DNA of 64,000 bases from Azolla caroliniana (lineage: Eukaryota > Plantae > Polypodiophyta): positions 16,554,001 through 16,618,000 of the forward strand of contig JBHGNT010000007.1 of the NCBI GenBank assembly GCA_043228905.1. The letters are read 5' to 3'. Position numbers and translations under genes: made by a program. The notes below the pieces were generated by a model that searched no databases, was not told where the DNA came from, and saw only the letters and a list, made by a program, of their open reading frames with translations. Of this stretch, positions 56,960 through 64,000 are shown in pieces. Positions within the stretch are counted from its first letter, which is position 1; each line of letters starts with the position of its first letter.

Positions 56960-58800
56960 CTATGCTAAGAAGATAACCATCAACAAAACATGGGACAAAC
57001 TTTGGAAGTCAATGTGAGGGACTTTTTTGAACCTTAAGCATATATTCAACAACCCTTTCCATGGCCATGATCTCAATTGAAATCGATCCCTTCTCAAGGA
57101 GGATGTAGGGCGTTTGTTTCTTAACTTGTAGAAACTTTGTAAGAAAATGTTTTTGGACATTTTCAAACTCTTTCCATGTAGATTTAGGGATGCTACCACC
57201 CCATACTTCCACACCATAGAGAAGAAACAGTGTCACCAAAGTGTCGAAAAGATATTTCTTGAGGACCCAACACTTAATACCTCCAAGATTGCATGTGTTC
57301 TCAAACGCATAATATGCTCTCTTACCCGCCTCTACGTGGCGTGTAGCACATTCATTCCATCTATGATTTGAAGGAACTTCAAGGCCACGATATTTGAAGC
57401 TTTCCACACATTCAAGTGGCTCATTGTTGTACATACTGCATGGTTTATCTTTCTTTTGGCTCTTCACAAGCATAATCTTTGTTTTAGAGCTATTGACACT
57501 TAATTTAGTGTGCATGCAATTTTTTTCCAATGCCATAAGCTTTTGTGCATCTCCTAAAGTATTTGCAAAAAGCACTACATCATCCGCATATAACAAAAGC
57601 ATAATCACAACATTCCCTATGGCAACTTCTTCAACACATTCTTCCTTTACAAACATGGTAACCATTTCTTCCAATTCATCAATGCGTAGACCAAATAATG
57701 TTGGTGAGAGTGGGCATCCTTGCTTAACACCAATAGTGTTATTGAAAAAATCTAGAAGTCTATCTCTTATACACACACAACATATAACCTTCTCATATAT
57801 TCGGGAAATTGCAAGCATATATTCACTTGGCACCTCAAGTTCTTCCATTCGCCTCCAACGATGCTCACGAGGTACCATATCAAAAGCTTTCTTGAAGTCT
57901 ACAAAGCAATAATATAAACCTTTACCCCTAAGGCTCCTTTCCTCCATTAATACTCGAAGGGTGACACGGTGATCAATGGTGCTATGCTGTTTTCGAAAGC
58001 CAGCTTGTCCATAAGCTCTCTTACCATTTTATCAGCCCATACACTTATCTTTGATTCTAGTATACATCCAAATAGTTTTGCCATTAATGAGCCAACCATA
58101 ATGGTTTGATAGTTGTTTACATTATTTATATCTCCACATTTATGTAATGGTTTGATCCAATTTGTAGTCCAATGATACGGCATACCATGTTGCAATGCAT
58201 CATTAAATATCGCTTATCCATACATGTGTTTCCTTTTCCGTCCATGTGAGCATTTCAACCTTTATACATTGAAGATCGCTTGCCTTTCGGGAGGCCAATT
58301 TCTTAAGTCCTATGCATATATCTTCAATTGTAAAGAAGGGAGACATATGTGAAAGAGAACCATAACACATCATCTTTTTGGCAAGAGATTCATATAAATT
58401 CTTACAATACATAGACAAGTCGTGAAGAGTTAAGTCACCATTACTCTGAACATGTGCCCCCTTTAGATTTCCCCAAAATTTACCACATGCATGTGCTTTC
58501 TCATGCATTTGGAGAAATTGTTGAGTAACTTCCCATATTCTTCTCTTTCTTTGAATAAGCCATTGATACTCATGCAAATGCTTTTGGTAATTTTCTTTAT
58601 CCTTAACTACATCCAAAACCATAAGGCACCTTCGAGCTTCACGACATTCTTTGTCAAACCATTTTTTCCTAAATTTCTTGGTGCATTTCCAAGATATGCG
58701 GTTGGTCGAAAAAAATTTGTTTGTACGAGAGAGAATGACTTTCTTAAAAGCTTCCCATTTGCATTCTAGTGTGGCACCATGTTGTATCTTTGTTAGTTGT
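56960..58800 (-). mobile_element. RTE-clade LINE reverse transcriptase, frameshifted
   Basis: ORFs 57009-57947, 57947-58195 and 58203-58622 contain FVDFKKAFDMV, GVKQGCPLSPTLF, LLYADD and LLYGVEVWG. Confidence 0.9.
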
Positions 58801-58944
58801 GTGTGGAATAGTACTAAAGATAGATATAGAATTAGTACTTAGAAGGAAAATATTAAGAGGAAGGGAGTGTGTGGTTTAATGGTAAGGGTTGAACTCATGT
58901 AACACAAGGTTATGGGTTCAAATCTTTTGGAGCACCATGCCATA

Positions 58945-59600
58945 TCATGACACTATCCCCCCCTTTAAACGATGAGGGTTACGAGTCATCTTTGATTGAG
59001 GACCTGGTTTGTCCCGATATTGACGATGGAAGTTGTCAAGAAGACCTTGAGCATTCGCCAAATTCTTCATTGCTTCCCAAGTACGCTTGCTTGGACTATA
59101 TCCTAGCCAATCGACCAAATAATAGAGCTTGTTGCGAACCATCTTGGAATCGTGGATAGCAGCAACCTTGTACTTGGGTCTATTTTCAAGTTTGATCGAG
59201 GGTGGAGGTGGTGTAATACGATCAGGGATAGTGTTGTCTTGATAGAGTTCTAGAAGAGAACTATAAAACATCAGATGTATCACAGAGGTAGATCAAGGCG
59301 AAAAGTGACATCATTAAATTTGTCGTTAATTTGGAAAGGACCTAACCATCGATAATCTAGTTTGTCACACGGTCGAGTAGTCTTGATGTGCCGTCGTAAT
59401 AGCCATACACGATCTCCAATATGGAAAGAGGATGGAGCTGATGATGATCCGCATAATCCTTCTGTGTTTGTTGGGCACAATGTAGATGGGTAGATAGTTC
59501 TGCTTGAATTCATCGTAGCCGCTCCAAATGATCCTCTGCACTAGGATTCGTGGGTAACTCAGGAGTTTCTAACACACACCAATGAGGATGATAGACGGTA
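58945..59600 (-). mobile_element. Gypsy chromovirus 3' end (integrase GPF/SH3-like region, chromodomain, PPT)
   Basis: GDRVWL...KLDYRWLGPFQI and YKVAAIHDSK...LYYLVDWLGYSPSKRTWE (chromodomain). The PPT AAGGGGGGGATAG is followed by the LTR start TGTCATGA at 58952. Confidence 0.85.
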
Positions 59601-59608
59601 TTAAGCAT

Positions 59609-60707
59609 TGTCGTGAAGGATTCCGGCCATAAAGAGAAACGAGGCCAAGCGCGTGTGAACAGGTGTGTGCACCGATACACACGAACCAAGAAACATGTAC
59701 AAACATAATGTAAATAGCATAGGACTGGTAAGTACTAGGTAGTAGGAATTAAAGGGTACTTTAAAGGCCCATACGCATAGAGAGGATGCGAGGAATTTGA
59801 TGTGAAGAAATCAAAAGAGGGAGTCTGTGACACCGATCACGATGTAACGGTCTCCCCTTGTGCTATAAAAAGGGAGACTTGAGCCTGTTTTAGGGAGAAC
59901 GAAGTGTTATCGGTTTGAGTGTTGAGCTCGATCTCTCTCTCTCTCTCTCTCGCTCTCTGTTTTTGTCCCATGTTGATCTGGGAATAAGGTGAAGCCTTTG
60001 CTCGCGCAGGTAGCCCATGAGCTCCCAACCAGAGGTTCATCATTTTGTGTGCGTCTATGGTCGTTGAAGTTTGAAGCTCCATTAACAACTGAGTTCGGTT
60101 GTATTCTTTTCGTTCTCTTATTTAATCAATTTGTCTTCGCTTTGTCCGATTGCTCTGTGTGTGTTGAGAACGCATCCTCGTCTCGCGACCGTTGTCGCTC
60201 ACGTTTGGCTCGAACCTTGTGCCGTGTGCTCGCTGCTGTCAGCCGAACGAACTTCCTACTCCCTCGGGCTGCTTGGTTCGAGACCCCCGTGGTCGTGCCC
60301 GTTTCAACATGTACTCGTGGAAATCCGCGACATATTTGGTGAACCTAACGTGAAAGGGACAATAGAGGAGTCCAAAAATGAGGGGAAGCGAACTCGCTGA
60401 AGCGATGGCGGTGGCTGTTGACCGCCTGGTTAACGCTCGAGAGAGTGCTAGTGGCCTCGACAGGGCCATGGAAACAGTAGTCGGCATGGCAGGCCGATTC
60501 AATGGAAAGAACGTCATGAACTACCTGGATCCTTTCAAGGTCGAGACGCTAATGAGAGATGTTTCGGATGATAGACGGTTGTCTGCGTTCCCACGGGTAG
60601 TTACGCCGAGCATCCACGCAGAGGTGCTCGACATGCAGGCCGACTACAGAAGTTGGCAAGAGTTCGAGGAGTGGCTCCTTGAAAGATACAGTTTCGATGA
60701 CTCGCTC
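59609..60707 (+). mobile_element. Gypsy element 5' end: LTR (59609-60332), tRNA-Trp-type PBS and truncated gag
   Basis: LTR TGTCGTG...CGCGACA, then PBS TGGTGAACCTAACGTGAA. The ORF from 60378 has gag-like RFNGKNV..YL...SWQEFEEWLLERY and is cut by the Copia LTR at 60708. Confidence 0.7.
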
Positions 60708-61009
60708 TGTTGAAGACAAGGCCGTCAATGCGGAAGATCAAGTAGCATTCGATTGGGGTTGAGTACCTGCGTATGACAGTTTTTCAAGATCGTGCACAGA
60801 GATAGAGAGAGAGAGAGAGAGGAGGCACACAAGACTTTTCTATTCAATAGAAACAATAATACAACCAACCTTACAAAAAGGTTATTAGGTCACTTTATAT
60901 AGTGACCGACTTAGGGCAACTACCATTTATGCTAATTACACAAATGGCCCAAACTTGAGCTATACAAAGGGATAGTGTGAATACTTCCATTATACACTTG
61001 TATTCGACA
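60708..61009 (-). mobile_element. 3' LTR (302 bp) of the Copia element
   Basis: Inverted termini TGTTGAA...TTCGACA. The polypurine tract GGGGAG lies immediately internal (61010-61015, minus strand). Confidence 0.85.
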
Positions 61010-61203
61010 CTCCCCTGTAATGGGCGTATACATGGGTTATCTAAGATTACAGGTATAAACCTAGGTTCTCGGACATATCAGTTTTTGTTCGAGTCGGCAG
61101 GGTCCGAAGGCAGAAGACCGAACTGGTCGGGTCGGAAGAGTTGAAGCCGATCATTAAGGAACTGATGTCGGTTGTTCGAAACCATCCTGCGCTGTGTCCG
61201 GCT

Positions 61204-64000
61204 CTAACCGGACTGGTTTGTCGTTACGCCCATCTGATGCCGAAGGGACCGAAAGCGGTCTGCCGAAAGACACTTGGTCATTCCATCTGCAACATTGTCG
61301 GTTGTGGATATTTTCTCTAGACCGATTTTCCCTGAAATGACGCAGTCCCGAACGAAGTGATATCGAACGTCGATATGTTTGGAGGCGTTGTGGTGAACCG
61401 GATTTTTCGACAAGGCAACAGCACCTTGACTGTCGCTATAGACAACTGGGGCCGAGTCATGGTCGACTTGTCGAAACGTGTGCGCCAGCCGGCCGAGCCA
61501 CAAAGCTTCTTTTGCAGCGTCGGACGCAGCTACATATTCTGCTTCGGTCGTTGAGGTCGCTGTGCACTCCTGAAGTTTCGACTTCCACGAAATTGCTCCA
61601 TTGCCGAATTTGAAGCAGTATCCAGTTGTTGATTTCCGACTGTCTATACAGCCGGCGAAGTCCGAGTCGGTGTAACCGACTACGCCTGAGGTTGAGTTCG
61701 GACCGAAAAGAATGCCGTGGTCTTTTGTGCCAGCCAGATATTTGAACACATGCTTGACTGCGTTCCAATGCGATCGGCCAGGATTGTGCATAAATCTGGT
61801 AACGACTCCTACGGCATGAGAAATATCAGGCCGTGTCGCGACCATCAGGTACATGAGGGAGCCGACTGCCGGTGCATACGGTACCGACTTCATATCTTCC
61901 CCCTCCGGACCGGATGTCGGGCAGTCCCGCTGAGAGAGCCGAAGATTCATGGGGAGCGGGGTTGAAGCAGATTTGGCTGATTGCATGTTGAAGCGTTCCA
62001 AGACACGTCCGATATAGTCGGTCTGAGACAAAAGAAGATGTCGTTTATCGCGATGCCGACTAATCTTCATGCCAAGTATGTGTCGTGCCGGACCGAGGTC
62101 CTTCATGGCAAACTTCAACCGCAATTGCCGAATGAGATCGGCAAGTTCGCCCGCGTGGCGTCCAGAAATTAGCATGTCGTCCACGTAAATGATGAGGAAG
62201 ATGGGTGATCCATCTTGAGCTGTGTTGGTAAAAAGACAATGGTCCTCATCGCTTTTTGAGAAGCCGATCGATTGGATGAAGTCGTCGAACTTCTTGTACC
62301 ATTGTCGCGGTGCCTGTTTGAGGCCGTATAGACTCTTCCTGAGTCGGCAGACTAGATGTTCTTGGCCAGTTGCCACGAAGCCTTTTGGCTGCTCCATATA
62401 AATTTCCTCTTCAAGATCACCATGGAGGAAGGCTGTTTTGACATCTAGCTGAATCAGCTCCAATTTGTCGGCTGCCACTACGCCGAGTAGAAAACGAAGG
62501 GTTGTCATTTTCACCACTGGTGAAAAAATCTCGTCGAAGTCGACGCCATATTCTTGTCGGAAGCCCTTCGCAACTAATCTGGCCTTGTACTTTGGGGTGG
62601 TCGAATCAGACGTCTCTTTTAGTCGATAGACCCACTTGCAAGGAAGAGCACGTCGATTCTTAGGTAATTCGACCAGATCCCAAGTCTTGTTTGCCCGAAT
62701 GGAGTGCATTTCCGACTCCATCGCCAGATGCCAGGTGGCTGAATCGACAGATGTCGATGCTTCTTCGTAAGACGTCGGTTCGCCGGCGTCGGTGAAGAAA
62801 ATTCCAGGAGAATACCTCTCCGGAGGTTGCGACAGTCTTTCGGATCGTCGAGGTATGATTGGACTGGTCGTATCGGGTATCGAGGTCGGATGGTCCGAAA
62901 GCGAATTATTCTGCTGTGCCGAGTCAGAGTTGTCCGAGTCGGTAGTGTAAGGTTCAGCTACCCGTGAAGCTGACCGTGTGTTGAGAGCGGGGCTTTCTTG
63001 AAGGGTCGGCACATCGGAAAATGTTACCCTTCGGACTTCGATCGGTGTTTCGACTGATGGATTCATAGCCGACTCGTTGAACACAACGTCCGAACTTCGA
63101 ACGATTTGTCTGCGTTCGGGGTCCCAGAGTCGGTATCCCATTTCGCCGTCTGATCCATATCCAAGGAAAATGCATTTCCTGGACCGAGGTGCAAGTTTTC
63201 GGCGATCATCTTTCGGAATAAGGGCGTACGCCTCGCATCCGAAGATCCTCAGCTTGTCGTAATTCAGCTTACTGCCGATCCATAGTTCCTGAGGAATTTG
63301 AAGTCCTAGAGGTCTGCTTGGCGACATATTGATTATGTGTACTGCCGTGAGTAGAGCCTCTGCCCAGAAGCCATCCGACAGTCTGGAGTGTTGGAGCATG
63401 GAAACTATCCGTTCTTGGATTGTCCGATTCATGCGTTCTGCAATCCCGTTTTGCTCCGGACTGTGTGGTGCCGTAAATTCACGTCGGATGCCGCGTTGTC
63501 GGCAGAATTTGACGAATTCTTCTGATTTGAACTCTCCCCCATTGTCGGTCCGAAAGCATTTCAGTTTTCGGTCAGTTTGATTTTCTACCATAGTGAGCCA
63601 ATCGGAGAAGATCGAGAAGACACGATCTTTGGTGCGAATTGGATAAGCCCACACCTTTCGAGTCGAATCGTCAATAAAACTGACGAAGTAAGAGGCACCA
63701 CCGAGAGACTGATGCGGCATTGGGCCACAGACGTCCGAGTGGACTAAATCGAGAGGTCTCGTTTCTCTTGGTGCTGATGTCGGGTGTGATGCGGCTGCTT
63801 GTTTGCCATACTGGCAATGTTCGCAGAATTGATGGTCCGAGAAGGAGAGTTTAGGGATGTATCCGGCTCTAGATAGGTGCGTAATGCCGGCCTTGCTGAG
63901 GTGTCCTAATCTTCTGTGCCATAGTGATGACACAGGAATATCCACCAAAAACAGGTTACCCTCTCTGAGCGTAACATGTAACGGATACAGTGAGTGTATC
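61204..64000 (-). mobile_element. Ty1/Copia pol polyprotein (GAG-pre-integrase, integrase, RT, RNase H), open frame running off the window
   Basis: Uninterrupted ORF of 914+ aa with LWHRRLGH, CEHC, LVHSDVCGP, RTDNGGEF, QNGIAERMNRT, QLDVKTAFLHG, YVDD, YTDSDFAG and KHIDVRYHF. Confidence 0.97.

Noticed and set aside
57394-57912. Plus-strand ORFs opposite the LINE RT, and similar ORFs opposite the P450s, CDC48 and Copia pol
   Set aside because: They are antisense shadows of real coding frames.

Overview
Nuclear DNA from a land plant, AT-rich and TE-littered. It is most likely a fern or another seed-free plant, judging by plastid fragments carrying unedited C-to-U codons and by the retroelement types. 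Four intact spliced genes can be reconstructed by hand: a clan-71 cytochrome P450 (minus, 10278-12528), CRIPT (minus, 17988-20196), CDC48/p97 (minus, 23658-28636) and an MPPE1/Cdc1/PGAP5-like metallophosphoesterase (plus, 30945-39169). A second, paralogous P450 (48537-50759) appears broken only by a ~600 bp internal inversion spanning the end of exon 1, intron 1 and the start of exon 2. Both P450s share a non-canonical I-helix, LT(L/I)(E/D)S instead of AGxDT. Organelle-derived DNA includes a chimeric plastid insert (ndhF 5' end fused to mid-rpoB) and an intact mitochondrial-type tRNA-Phe(GAA) inside an intron. Two tandem-repeat arrays sit just upstream of CRIPT and CDC48. The last 8 kb is a retroelement nest (LINE, chromovirus, Trp-primed Gypsy, young Copia). 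All coordinates and exon boundaries were read by eye and no database search was run.
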